Shown piece by piece: positions 1 through 12,984 of a stretch of DNA of 64,000 nucleotides. Source of the DNA: Azolla caroliniana (taxonomy: Eukaryota; Plantae; Polypodiophyta). The number at the start of each line of letters is the position of its first letter. Within the stretch, counting starts at the first letter, position 1. The notes beneath the pieces are model-generated. The model had not been told where the DNA came from, ran no database searches, and saw nothing but the letters and a program-made list of their open reading frames with translations. The position numbers were made by a program, and so were the translations under genes. The stretch spans positions 20,274,001-20,338,000 of the forward strand of contig JBHGNT010000008.1 in assembly GCA_043228905.1 (NCBI GenBank), in the 5' to 3' direction.

Positions 1-60
1 GCTCTTGGCAAACATATTCACAAATATGTCCCCGCATCCGGATCTCTCTCCGGGTACATT

Positions 61-240
61 CGTCATCCGGCTCCGTAACCGGGGTCTTCAGCATCCGGCT
101 CCGTAGCCGGGGTCTTCATCATCCGGCTCCGTAGCCGGAGTCTTCAGCATCCGGCTCCGTAGTCGGGGTCTTCAGCATCCGGCTCCGTAACCGGGGTCTT
201 CATCATCCGGCTCCATAGCCGGGGTATTCATCATCCGATT
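61..240. repeat. 28-bp tandem repeat in the 3' LTR of A (about 6 units)
   Basis: Unit CAGCATCCGGCTCCGTAGCCGGGGTCTT, containing the hairpin CCGGCT-CCGT-AGCCGG. Confidence 0.9.
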
Positions 241-2529
241 CCCGGACATCCGACCATCCCATCCGGAGGGACCGTAATCCCAACAAACTCCCCCTTCACT
301 TCGGCATGGGATGTCTCTCCAATCCGATCCTTTTCCGGCATGCTTCCAGCTTGTCGGGTGTGAGTACCTTGGTCAGCATATCCGACCCGTTCTCGTCCGT
401 GTGGATCTTCGTCAGCACGAACTCCTTGTCTTCTATCCTTTCCCGGATCCAGTGGTATCTACGCTGGATGTGCTTCGTCCGGGAGTGATAGGCCGCATTC
501 TTCGCAAGGTGGATGGCACTCTGACTGTCGCAGTAGAGTCGGTACTCCTCCTGCCGGATACCGAGCTCTCTAATGAAGTCCTTCATCCATATTATTTCCT
601 TGCCGGCTTCAACAACCGCCATGTACTCCGCCTCCGTGGTTGACAACGCAACCGTCTTCTGCAGCCTCGACTGCCACGAAACAGCTCCCCCTGCATATGT
701 CATCACATACCCTGATGTGGACCGGCTGGTATCTGCATCAGCCGACATATCCGAATCGGTAAAGCCGTCGAGTTCGGGCTTACCGGAGCCGAATCGGAGG
801 CATACGTTTGCCGTGCCCTTCAGGTATCGGAGTATCCACTTGGCTGCGTTCTAGTGCTCTTTGCCGGGATTGCTCATGTACCGGCTCACCACTCCGACTG
901 CATATCCTATGTCCGGTCTTGTACACACCATTGCGTACATCAAGCTTCCGACGGCCGAGGCATATGGTACTTTCATCATGTCCTCCTTCTCAGCCTTTGT
1001 CTTGGGGCTTTACTTGCTGGACAACTTGCAGTTTGCCGGGAGGGTTGACCCGACCGGTCTTGCTTCCGACATGTTGAACCGGTGAAGCACCTTTGTCACG
1101 TACTTCTCCTGTGACAACCACAACTGCTTCTTCTTCCGGTCCCGGATGATATGCATCCCTAGTATTTGCCTCGCCGGACCCAGGTCCTTCATTGAGAAGG
1201 TTCGGTGAAGCGCTTTCTTCAGCATCCGTATCTTGCCCTGGTCCCGTCCGACAATCAACATGTCGTCCACATACAGGAGGAGTATTAGAAAGTCTCCTCC
1301 TTCGAACTTCTTCACAAACACGCAGTGATCGGACTGCGTTTTGTGGTACCCTTCGTTGGTCATGAAAGAGTCGAACTTCCAGTACCATTGCCGGGGAGCC
1401 TGCTTCAGTCCGTAAAGGCTCTTCTTCAACCGGCATACCAGGTGCTCCTTCCCTTTCTTCTCGAATCCTTCCGGTTGCTGCATGTAGATCTCTTCTTCGA
1501 GGTCACCGTGAAGGAATGCCGTCTTCACGTCCATCTGTTCTACCTCGAGGTCCATGCTTGCCGCTATGCTCAGCACCGTCCGGATGGAGGTCATTTTCAC
1601 TACCGGGGCAAATATCTCGTCGAAGTCGACGCCCTTCTTCTGCTGGAACCCCTTCACCACGATCCTGGCTTTGTATCTCGGGGGGTTTCCGGCATCTCCC
1701 GGTTTCAGCTTGAACACCCACTTGTTTCGAAGTGCCTGCTTTCCTTTCGGCAACTCCACAAGTTCATATGTGTGGTTCTCATGCAGGGAATCCATCTCCT
1801 CCTGCATGGCACTTAACCACCTGCGCCTATGGGTGTCAAGTTTTGCTTCTTCAAAGCTCTCCGGCTCCCCCTCGTCGGTTAGCAGCACGTGCTCTGGTTC
1901 CGGAAATCTCCGGGGGGCCCTTCTCTCTCTTAGAGGATATCTCCGTTCCGGAGCTTCGGTAACCGGCTCCTCCGTTTCCTCTTCATCCAAATCCATTTCG
2001 GGATCGGGGCCGGTTCCGGTATCAGTTTCATCTTCCTCGGCTGGTTCTGTTTCTTCACCGTCTTCGGCCGGATCCTCGAGTGCTAACCGGTCCCTTGCCG
2101 GTCGGGACTGCTCTTCGTAGAGTTGATCCTCACCGGTCGACTTGGAGCTCTTCATCTTCTTCTCCGACTCCCAGTCGGCGAGTGTCTTGTCCTCCATGAA
2201 GATGATATCTCGACTCCTGAATATCTTCTTGTCGACCGGGTCCCATACTCGGTAGCCGAACTCGTCGTCGCCGTAACCGAGGAATATGCATGGCCGGGTC
2301 TTTGGATCTAACTTTCCTCTTCGGTCCTTTGCCACATGCACGTATGCGAGACACCCGAACACCTTCAGATGCCGGTAGGACACTTCCTTACCGGTCCACA
2401 CTTTCTGCGGCGTGTCTCCGTCCAAAGGTACTGAGGGTGATCTATTTATCACATACGTCGCCGTCGACATTGCCTCAGCCCAAAATCCCTTGGGTAATTT
2501 CGCATGTGCTAGCATACTCCGGACCCTCT

Positions 2530-5500
2530 TGTTAAGAAAACGTGAAGAAGGCACTCGGGCTCTTCTTATGTATGCGCGGCGGATCGTAGTGTGCTGGATC
2601 GTTAGCGTGCTCTAAACAGACAGAGAAAGGAAAGGGGACTTACCTCTGTAGTAGCAAAATGGTTTTCTTCTATTACATGTAGAGCTCAACTTGCTCTCGT
2701 CAGTCTTCTGGTCTCTCACTCTCTCAGAGTTCTCTACTCACTATTCTCTGTTTTTTTTTACTGCTTACATCCTATTCACTCTCACTTACTTTTACCTAAG
2801 TCATAAGTTATTACACATGCAGCTAATTAGCTGCCAGTAGCTAATTAGCTGTCAGTCGCTAAATAGCTGTTCACTAGCTAATTAGCTGTCACTAGCTAAA
2901 TAGCTGTTTTACCTTTTTGTTCACTAGTAGCTAAATAGCTACTATAGCTTATTTCCCAATAAGCATCGCATACCATGTTGAGCTTGCTTCTCAACACTCC
3001 CCCTCAAGCTCAACTTATTCTTGCTTGAGGTTCTCTTCAATCTTCTTTTCCATTTTGCTTTTTAGCCATCTCATCAATGTTTACAACTCCCATCATGTTC
3101 CGAAACTGTGTATGCTTTTCCACACTCAATCCCTTTGTGAGAATATCAGCAACCTGCTGATTTGTATTCACATACACCAGATCAACTTCTCCTTCGATCA
3201 CTTTTTCTCTAACAAAGTGATAATGCACTTCAATGTGCTTTGTTCTTGCATGGAACACAGGGTTCTTTGCAAGTTGAATGCTGCTCATGTTGTCACACTA
3301 GATTGTGACAGTACCGTCTATATACTCTCCCAAATCAGCAAGCAATCTTCTAATCCATACCTCTTCACAAGTGGCTATGGCAGCTCCTCTGTACTCAGCT
3401 TCAGTACTAGATAATGCAACAGTAGCCTGTTTCTTGCTACTCCATGAAATACCTGCACTTCCCAATGTAAAGATATATCCACTTGTGGATCTCCTGTCTG
3501 TTTGGCTTCCAGCCCAATCAGCATCTGTATATCCTTCCAGATTTATGTCCAAATCAGCCCTGTAAAACAATCCATAGTTCTGAGTAGCTTTTACATACCT
3601 CAGAATTCTTCTAATGCAGTCCAAATGCGGCTTGGTTGGCTGTTGCATAAATTGGCTGACTAATCCAACAACATAGCTCAAATCAGGTCTTGTTATAGTC
3701 AAATAAATAAGGCTGCCCACCATAGACCTGTACATGTTTACATCTTCTATCTTGGCTCCCAAATCAGCCCTCAACTTGCAGTTTTTATCAAGTGGTACAG
3801 CAATAGGTTTGCATCCAAGCATACCATACTTTTTCAACATAGTTGTTGCATACTGTTTTTGCAACATACATATACCACTTTCAGATCTGATGATTTCAAT
3901 ACCAAGAAAATATCTAAGATCTCCCAAATCTTTCATATGAAACTGCATTTCCAGATTTTTTTTCAACTTTCTTATTTCATCCACGGAATCTCCTCCAATA
4001 ATCAAATCATCTACATAAATCAGAATAATAACAATGCAATCATTTTCACTTTTTACATACAAAGAAGGATCAGCTTTTGACATTTTGAAACCAAGATTTT
4101 TCAGAGAATCTGAAAGTTCTCTGTGCCATGCTCTTGGTGCCTGTTTCAGTCCATAGAGAGCTTTTTTCAGCTTACATACATAATCATGTTGTTTCTTATC
4201 TTCAAAACCTGGTGGTTGACTCATATACACTTCTTCTTCCAAGTTACCATGTAAAAAAGCATTTTTTACATCCATGTGATGCAAAATCCATTTTCTGGCT
4301 GCTCCTACAGCAAGTAGTGTTCTCAAGGTTGCCATCTTTGCAACCGGTGCAAAAGTCTCATCATAATCAATCCCTTGCATCTGAGCATATCCTTTTGCAA
4401 CCAATCTTGCTTTATGTCTACTTACATTCCCATTGGAGTCATGCTTTGTCTTGTAGACCCATTTGCAGCCTACCACATTTTTCTCTTTTGGTAACTTCAC
4501 TAAATCCCACGTTTTGTTCTCAGCCAATGCATCAATCTCTTCTTGCATTGCATCCATCCATTTCTTCTCAGATTTTGCTTCTTCAAAGCTATTTGGGTCA
4601 GGGATCTGTACCACCTTAGACATATATGCATAGTGCATAGCCATATATGTATCATACCCAAATCTTTCCACAGTCTTTTTCTCTCTATCTGATCTTCTCA
4701 GTTTCTGATTTGCATTCTTTATTGCCTTTTCCATACCAGGGATTTTCATTTCCTGTATTCCAAGGAAATCATCCAAAGACATATTTGAATCTTCATCTTC
4801 CATGTTTTTTGATAGGTCATCCGGGATTTCATACTCTGGCATTTTCTGTTTTCCTTTTTTGTCATCAGATTTTTTCTGTCCAGTTTTTCCACTCCATGAA
4901 TTTGAATCAGATTTACCATCTGAGCTTTTTGATGGTCCAGAACATTCTGTTGATGTTGGACTTTGCTGTCCAACCTTGTCTCCATCTCTGTGACAGTCTT
5001 CTACATTTTCTGATCTGTCTTTGTCTTCATTTTGACAGTCTTCATCAGTCTCTAGATTCTGTTTTGGGCTGTACCAACTAGCCAACTCATCAAATATCAC
5101 ATCTCGACTTGTCACAATCTTTTTAGTCACAGGGTTATAACATCTGTACCCTTTTTGTTCTTCTGAATATCCAACAAAGATACATTTTTCTGCTTTTGGA
5201 TCCAACTTACTTCTTACTTCTGCAGGCACATGTACATATGCAAGGCATCCAAACACTTTCAAGTGTTGTAAGCTAGGCTTCCTGCCATAAAAACACTCTT
5301 CAGGAGTTGCCTCATGTACTCCTGATGTAATACATCTATTTAAAATGTAATTTGCTGTATTTACAGCTTCTGCCCAATAGTATAATGGCATGTTCTTCTC
5401 AGTCATCATTGCCCTTGCTATGTTCACCAAAGTTCTGTTTTTCCTCTCAGCAACTCCATTTTGCTGTGGAGTATATCGGCATGTGAACTGTCTTCTTATT

Positions 5501-7976
5501 CACTGATTACACAAAAAATCAGAAAATTCATTGGAGAAATACTCTCCTCCTCCATCAGATCTCAAACATTTTATCCTTGTACCAGCCTGCTTTTCTACCA
5601 TGCATTTAAACTTACGAAAACAGTCAAATACTTCACTTTTCTCCTTCATGAAGTACACCCATGTCTTCCGTGAACAATCATCAATAAATGTAACATAAAA
5701 TCTGCATCCACCAATAGATGCATTCTTTGTTGGTCCCCATACATCTGTATGTATCAAATCCAACAGATTTTTGCTTACATGTCTCTCATGAGGGAATGGC
5801 AACCTGTTTTGCTTACCATATTGACATGCTTCACATACTTTTCCCATTTCACACTTTTTCAAGTTTGGCAGTCCAGCCACTGCATCTTTTCTCAACATAT
5901 TCTTTAATGTTTGCATACTTATATGGCCAATCCTTTTGTGCCACATTTCCACATCTGAGATTACACTCGTTCCATTTGCAAACATGGCTGAAATCTGTTT
6001 GGGCATTTCTACATCCAAGATAAACATTCTTCCTTGTCTCTTCCCTTTTGCAATGAGCTTCCCATTCTTTTCTATATAGCATCCACTTTGCTTAAACTTC
6101 ACTTGCATACCTTGCTCTACAATCTGTCCAACAGAAATCAGATTCTTAGCAAGGTTTGGAACATGCATCACATTCAACATATACTTGGTTTTTCCTCTTT
6201 CTTCCCACAATGGGATATCTCCAACATGTTTTATTTGGTGAGTTGTGTCATCACCTGTTTGTACATAACCAGGAACCTCTGGTTCTCTTAAACTCTCAAA
6301 CCAATTTGCATGTCCAGTCATATGGTTAGATGCCCCCGAGTCTACATACCACGTAAACTCTTCATTACATTTCTGTGAGCTTTCAGCCACTGCTGCTATC
6401 TCATGTTGCACTACAAAAACACCTTCTTTTTCACAATCTTCACTAGTAGAGGCATAGTTACTCTGTTGTCCTTTTCCTCTTTTCTCATCATTTTGTTTCT
6501 TGTAACATTCAGCCTGTGTATGGCCTGGTTTACCACAATACCAGCAGCCATCATCATTTACATAAGTTTGCTTACCTCTACCTTGGTTGCTCCCCCTGCC
6601 TCTGTTGTTGTTTCCTCCTCTATGAGCTTGTTGTCCTCTTCCTTGAAAGCCATTATTATTGGTTCTTCCTGAGCCAAATCTTCCATGGCCTCTTCCTCGG
6701 CCTCTTCCGGCATTATTATAGAGAGCTTGCCCCTCGTTCTCTGAGTTTCCTTTATTTGCATCATCCATCTGATTCCTTTCCTCTACCACAAGCATTGAGA
6801 CCAGATCTGAAAAACTTGGGATACTATCCCTTGTGAGCATAGAAGTTTTAAAACTCTTGTATTGAGGTCCTAAGCCTCTTAAGCATATTTCCACTTTGTC
6901 ATCATCTTCTATCTTCACATTGATAGAAGCAAGTGATTCACATATACTCTTGATTTTTAGGGCATATTCATTTATTGACATCTTACCTTTCTCCAAGGTA
7001 TTTAGCTCAGTCTTTAACTGGAGCTTTCTAGCCTTTGTGTTCACAGCAAACAGTTTTACCAAGTTGTCCCAAGCTTCTTTTGGGAGCATAGCATCTTGTA
7101 TATGCCCAAGCATTGAATCTGAGATGCTGAGTGATAGCCAATGCATTACTTTCCTTGCCCCTTGATTCCAATCTTTAAATGCCTTAATATGTGCAGCTGT
7201 TGCATTCTCTTCTGGGATCTCTGGAGCCTCTTCTAGGTCTCCTTCAATGTAATCCCAGTATCCTTTCCCCATCAGAAAGTTTGTCATTCTGAATTTCCAC
7301 GCCGGAAAATTGTTTTTATCTAATTTCTCTGTGACCATTTGGCCTACATTCTCTACAGCCATTTTTTTTTTCCTTCCAAAAAACCAGGGTTTTGCTTTAG
7401 TTACTTCAACAAGTAACTTTCTGATTTCTGATCAGCAACCAGAGAAATAACTTTCTCAGATTAAGGCACTGCTATACTCTTCCTTACGAGCTACTCTGCT
7501 CTGATACCATGTTAAGAAAACGTGAAGAAGGCACTCGGGCTCTTCTTATGTATGCGCGGCGGATCGTAGTGTGTTGGATCGTTAGCGTGCTCTAAACAGA
7601 CAGAGAAAGGAAAGGGGACTTACCTCTGTAGTAGCAAAATGGTTTTCTTCTATTACATGTAGAGCTCAACTTGCTCTCGTCAGTCTTCTGGTCTCTCACT
7701 CTCTCAGAGTTCTCTACTCACTATTCTCTGTTTTTTTTTACTGCTTACATCCTATTCACTCTCACTTACTTTTACCTAAGTCATAAGTTATTACACATGC
7801 AGCTAATTAGCTGCCAGTAGCTAATTAGCTGTCAGTCGCTAAATAGCTGTTCACTAGCTAATTAGCTGTCACTAGCTAAATAGCTGTTTTACCTTTTTGT
7901 TCACTAGTAGCTAAATAGCTACTATAGCTTATTTCCCAATAAGCATCGCATACCATGTTGAGCTTGCTTCTCAACA
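2530..7976 (-). mobile_element. Full-length, very young Ty1/copia element B (5,447 bp)
   Basis: 467-bp TG..CA LTRs at 2530-2996 and 7510-7976, with one visible mismatch (gtgctgg/gtgttgg). 5-bp TSD CCTCT at 2525-2529 and 7977-7981. PBS at 7498-7509. PPT at 2997-3005. Confidence 0.97.
3037..7362 (-). pseudogene. Gag-PR-INT-RT-RH polyprotein of B (~1,440 codons) with two in-frame stops
   Basis: ORFs 5500-7362, 3298-5430 and 3037-3288 share one frame, separated by TGA (5500-5502) and TAG (3298-3300). Motifs: CWYCGKPGHTQAEC, WYVDSGASNHM, HTDVWGP, RSDGGGEY, IYVDDL, TDADWAG. Confidence 0.95.
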
Positions 7977-9490
7977 CCTCTCCATTATGGTCCGGTTCAT
8001 CCTCTCGGCCAGCCCGTTCAGTTCCGGCGTCTTCGGCACAGTAAACTCGAGCCGGATTCCCTTCGAGCGACAGTACTCTGTGAACTGCCCCCGGTATTCC
8101 CCTCCGTTATCCGCTCGTATCGCTTTCAGCTTCTTGCCGGATTCTCTTTCCACTCTCGCGTGGAGTTCTTTGAAGACGGACAATACTTGGTCCTTTGTCT
8201 TCAACGGTGCCGTCCACAGCTTCCGGCTATGGTCATCTATGAATGTTATGAAGTACTGGGCTCCGCCATGTGACTTCGTTTCTACCTGACACACATCAGT
8301 GTGTACCAACTCCAATGGTACACTACGTCTCGTCGGTGGCCTTGAGTGGAAGGAGGTTCGGTTCTGTTTACCGGCCAGGCAATCGGTGCACTTCTCCAGG
8401 TGCACATGCTTCACTGGAATAAGGTTGTCATCGGCAAGCCTCTTCATCCCCTTCTCCCAGCTTTCCGGCAAGTTATCTTCGGTGCAGGAGGTGCTGAGAG
8501 TCACCACCAAGTTCTCCCAGCTTTCCGGCAATGTACACATCAGGATGATGGCTTGCATTGCATCCTCCAACGGGAACTTGATCGCCGCAAGCTGGTTCAC
8601 GAATCCCATGAACGTGCTCACGTGTTCCACCATATTCTCGCCGTCCCGGTACTTGAGGTTCACTATCTTCCTCATCAGGGAGGTCCGGTTCAACACATTC
8701 TTCCTCTCGTAGAGGCCCGACAGCTTCTTCCACATCTCATATGCGTTGGTGTCGTTCGCCACATGTTGCAGAACACTTACATCTACATATTGCCGGATCG
8801 TCGCTACGGCTTTCCGGTTCAGGAGCTTCCACTCCGACTCTATTACCCCCTTGGGTATCTCGGCATTGTCGATCGGTTCGTACAGGTCTCGGACGATGAG
8901 AAGGTCTTCCATCTTTATCTTCCAGTCGGCGTAGTTCTGTGAGTTCAACACCATCATGCCCGGAGGCCCACTACCGCCGCCTTCCATTTTCTGTGTTAAC
9001 CGTGCTCTGATACCAAGTTGATAGAGAATTGACGGTTTCAAACCTTCACCTCTCGGCCACAACCGAGGAAACACGAGTCAGTGCAGTAGTAAATCCAAAA
9101 CACAGAGAGAGACTCGAATGCACAGGGTTTAGCGTGGAAAACCCTAAACGGGAAAAACCACGGGAGTGCAAGACTCCAACTATCACTATACGCAGGGAAT
9201 GTACAATGGCGAGCTGCAAGGCGACGACCTTGAGCTCGTTGTCCTCGCCACAGGCAGCGGTATTACACAGAGGCGTCGACCTCTTCCTTTCTCTCTCTCT
9301 CTCTCTCGGCTGCTCTCACTTCGCTCCCTCTAAGTGGAAAACAGAAAATGAGCAACAACAAAAACTGTTTGCCCTAAGTCATATTTATACACATATGACT
9401 TTCAGGCTATTTACAAATATAGCCTCAAGGGCTCTTGGCAAACATATTCACAAATATGTCCCCGCATCCGGATCTCTCTTCGGGTACATT

Positions 9491-9700
9491 CGTCCTCCGG
9501 CTCCGTAACCGGGGTCTTCAGAATCCGGCTCCGTAGCCGGGGTCTTCATCATCCGGCTCCGTAGCCGGAGTCTTCAGCATCCGGCTCCGTAGTCGGGGGT
9601 CTTCAGCATCCGGCTCCGTAGTCGGGGTCTTCAGCATCCGGCTCCGTAACCGGGGTCTTCATCATCCGGCTCCGTAGCCGGGGTATTCATCATCCGATTC
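9491..9700. repeat. 28-bp tandem repeat in the 5' LTR of A (about 7 units)
   Basis: Same unit as 61-240, with one extra copy. Confidence 0.9.
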
Positions 9701-9744
9701 CCGAACATCCGACCATCCCATCCGGAGGGACCGTAATCCCAACA

Positions 9745-12700
9745 TTTGGAAAATGATTTCATTCGGCATTCGAAATCTCCAGCCGGCGCGCCCATTTTCT
9801 TCGTCAAGAAAAAGGATGGATCGCCTCGTCTCATTGTAGATTACCGTGGCCTGAATAAGGTTACAATCAGGAATAGGTATGCTCTTCCCCTTATCTCAAG
9901 TCTTTTAGAACGGATCAATGGTGCCAGGTTCTTCACGAAGATCGACTTACGGGGAAGCATATAACCTCGTACGGATCCGACCAGGAGACGAATGGAAGAC
10001 CGCGTTTCGCACCAGATATGGGCACTTTGAGTATACGGTCATGCCGTTCGGCCTCAGTAATGCGCCGACAGTCTTCCAGCACATGTCTAATGATATATTC
10101 CGAGATCTATTGGATGATTGTTGGATCTATTTGGATGATCTACTGGTTTATTCAAAGACCCAAGAAGAACATGATTCTCATGTACTATTAGTACTAAAAC
10201 GACTTCGAGAACATGGTCTGTATGCAAAGCTGGAAAAATGTAGTTTCAGGTGCAACCAAGTGGAATTTCTCGACTACATCATTTCGTCAGAAGGCATCTC
10301 CATGGACCCAGCTAAGGTCAAAACAGTGGTAGAATGGCAGACTCCGCATTCGGTGCGGGATGTGCAATGCTTCCTAGGCTTTGCCAATTTTTACCGGAAG
10401 TTCATACAAGATTACTCAAAGATCGTTCTACCTCTCACACAACTTACCAGGAAGGGACAATCGTTCATCTGGTCTGAAGGAACGGACATGACTTTCAAGA
10501 GTCTTAAAAAGGCATTTACATCAGCTCCAATTCTAGCTCATGTCGATCCGGAAAAACCATTCATTATCGAAGTTGATGCATCGGATTTTGCATTGGGGAG
10601 CATTCTGTCACAACAGGGGAATGATGAGAAGCTACATCCTGTGGCTTTTCACTCACGCAAGTTTGACGCCGCCGAAATCAACTACGAAATTCATGATAAG
10701 GAGCTATTGGCAATAGTGGATTCTTTTATGCAATGGAGGCATTTTCTGGAGGGATCCTCTCATCCAGTCACCGTATTTAGTGACCACAAGAACCTTGCCT
10801 ACTTTCAAGATGCTCGTGTGTTGAATCGAAGTCAAGCTCGGTGGGCCCACTTCCTCACGCGTTTCGACTTCAAAATTACATATCATCCGGGGAAGCACCA
10901 AGGGAAGGCAGATGCATTATCACGGCGTTCGTATCTAGCACCCCGTCCCGGCGAGCCAACTTTCGATAACCAAAAACAAGTCATCTTGGGACCGGCACGC
11001 CTACAAGCAACACAGATCTTTGACATGCCCATGGATTCCCGCGTTATCGATACCATACGCGAAGACTTGAAGACAGATGCGTTCGCCCAAGCTATACTAG
11101 CACAAATTGATCCCTCTCGAGCGTCGTGTTCACAATCGCAACCACCAGGTACAGACTATCGGCAATTCAAATACCACGATGGATTACTCTTCTTTAAAGA
11201 ACTTTTGTATGTTCCTAATGGTTCTTGCCGCCTTCAAGTAGTACAAAACTGTCATGACACATATACAGCTAGGCATTTTCGTAGTACTAAAACGCTACAT
11301 TTAATACAACGATCATTCTGGTGGCCCTGTATGCGACAATTTGTCGAAGATTTTGTCCGGACTTGTGATACATGCTGTAGAGCGAAAATGCCGAGGCATC
11401 ATCCATATGGTTTATTAGAACCGTTACCAATTCCAAGCAAGTCGTGGCAATCCATTGCTCTAGACTTCATCACAGATCTTCCAGTCTCTAAGGGGTTCAA
11501 TGCGATTCTAACGGTGGTCGATCGATATACGAAGATGGCTCATTTCTTGCCATGTACTAAGGAGATCTCCAGTGAAGACACTACCGAAATTGTCATGCGT
11601 GAAGTATGTCGGCATCATGGACTTCCCGATAGTATCATCAGCGACCGTGGACCCCATTTCGTGTCAAAATTCTGGAAGCACCTTTTTAACATGCTCAAGG
11701 TCACTTGTAACCTCTCCTCCGGCTACCACCCACAAACCGACGGCCAAGCCGAACGAACCAATCAAACGCTGGAGTAGTATCTGCGGTGCTTTCTCAGCTA
11801 TCATCAGGATAACTGGGTAGATATTCTCCACTTCGCCGAATTTGCCTATAACAACTCTATCCACGCATCCACTAAAGTTACGCCATTTTATGCTTATACG
11901 GAATGTCACCCCCGGTGGTGTGTACTTGAAACCCCAGAGGTGTCCACAAATCCTTGCGCAGAGGATCATTTGGAGAGGTTACGCAAGATACAAGCGGATT
12001 TATCTACTCATCTCCAACAAGCTCAAGAAGCACACAAGGTTTATGCGGATCGTCATCGACTCCCATCTAGTTTTAACATTGGAGATCGGGTATGGCTACT
12101 CCGACGACACATCAAGACTACTCGCCCATGCGAGAAGTTGGATTATCGGTGATTAGGTCCCTTCCGTATCATAGGAAAGATTAATGATGTCGCTTTTCAT
12201 CTTGATCTACCTCCACAACTTCGGATACATCCGGTGTTTCATAGTTCTCTCCTTGAACCCTATCAAGAGAGCACCATCCCAAGACGTATTACACAGCCTC
12301 CACCCCCGATCGAGCTTGAAGATGGACCTGAGTACGAGGTTGCCGCCATCCTTGATTCCAAGCTTGTTCGCAACAAGCTCTACTATCTAGTCGATTGGCT
12401 AGGATATACTCCTAGCGAGCGTACTTGGGAACCGATAGAGAATGTCACCGATGCTCGTGCTCTTCTTGAAGACTTCCATTGGCAATATCTAGACAAACCG
12501 GGTCCTCAATCCAAAACGACTCGTTACACTCGTCGTTTTAAAGGGGGGATAGTGTCATGATATGGCAAGACTCGAACCCATGACCTTATGCTACATGGGT
12601 CGAGCTCTTGACCATTAGACTATACATTGTAATATGTAGAATATTATTTTCATTTATGTTTTGTTATAGAAAATTGATGTATATTCCAGATTTCTCTGGA

Positions 12701-12984
12701 ACATTCTAGAAACTTCAGGAGTATTCCGTAGAACACTATAAAAGGAGGCACAAGGCATTATTTCGAACCAAATCGGTTCAACGTCAGTCTTAAGCCTCCT
12801 AGCTATTGTACATTTTCTTCATATAATATATATCTCTTCTTATCATCACTCTCTCTCTCTCTCTCGATCTCTCTCTCCCTCCCTCTCACTCACTCTTTCC
12901 TTCTCTCGAGAGTTCTTCACCTCTCATAGTACTAATACTTCTTTTAGTACTAATTCCTTCTCTATCTTCGTACTGTTCCTGACA
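9745..12984 (+). mobile_element. Ty3/gypsy chromovirus C (Tcn1-like), 3' half: RT-RH-INT-chromodomain plus 3' LTR
   Basis: RT motifs KIDLRG, YTVMPFGL, YLDDLL. RH motif EVDASD..HDKELLAIV. INT motifs HHCC, SDRGP, PQTDGQAER. Chromodomain EYEVAAILDSK..YYLVDWLGY..TWEP (about 12330-12480). PPT at 12540-12552. LTR at 12553-12984 (TGTCA..TGACA), after which copia D pol resumes. Confidence 0.92.

Larger units (their letters stand above)
296..8987 (-). pseudogene. Gag-pol of copia A, split by B. Lacks the zinc knuckle and protease and has in-frame stops near 1010 and 851.
   Basis: ATG at 8987 (MEGGGSGPPGMMVLNSQNY). Frame rejoins across B as IMER|VRSMLAH. INT motifs HTDVC, RADNGGEY, NGLAERMN. RT motif MDVKTAFLHG. 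RNase H motifs SWQSRLQ and RTKHI. Confidence 0.9.
1..9744 (-). mobile_element. Ty1/copia LTR retrotransposon A (GC-rich, Tnt1-like pol), internally deleted and interrupted by element B; 3' LTR cut by the window edge
   Basis: Matching LTRs at 1-285 (partial) and 9019-9744. PBS (minus-strand TGGTATCAGAGC, tRNA-iMet) at 9004-9015. PPT at 286-297. gag/INT in ORF 7971-9074, INT/RT (LLLYVDDML) in 1010-2554, RNase H in 296-748. Inserted in the pol of gypsy C (flank TTTGG 9745-9749). Confidence 0.93.

Noticed and set aside
12563-12630. Functional tRNA gene
   Set aside because: The acceptor and anticodon stems do not pair; only the A and B boxes are recognisable.
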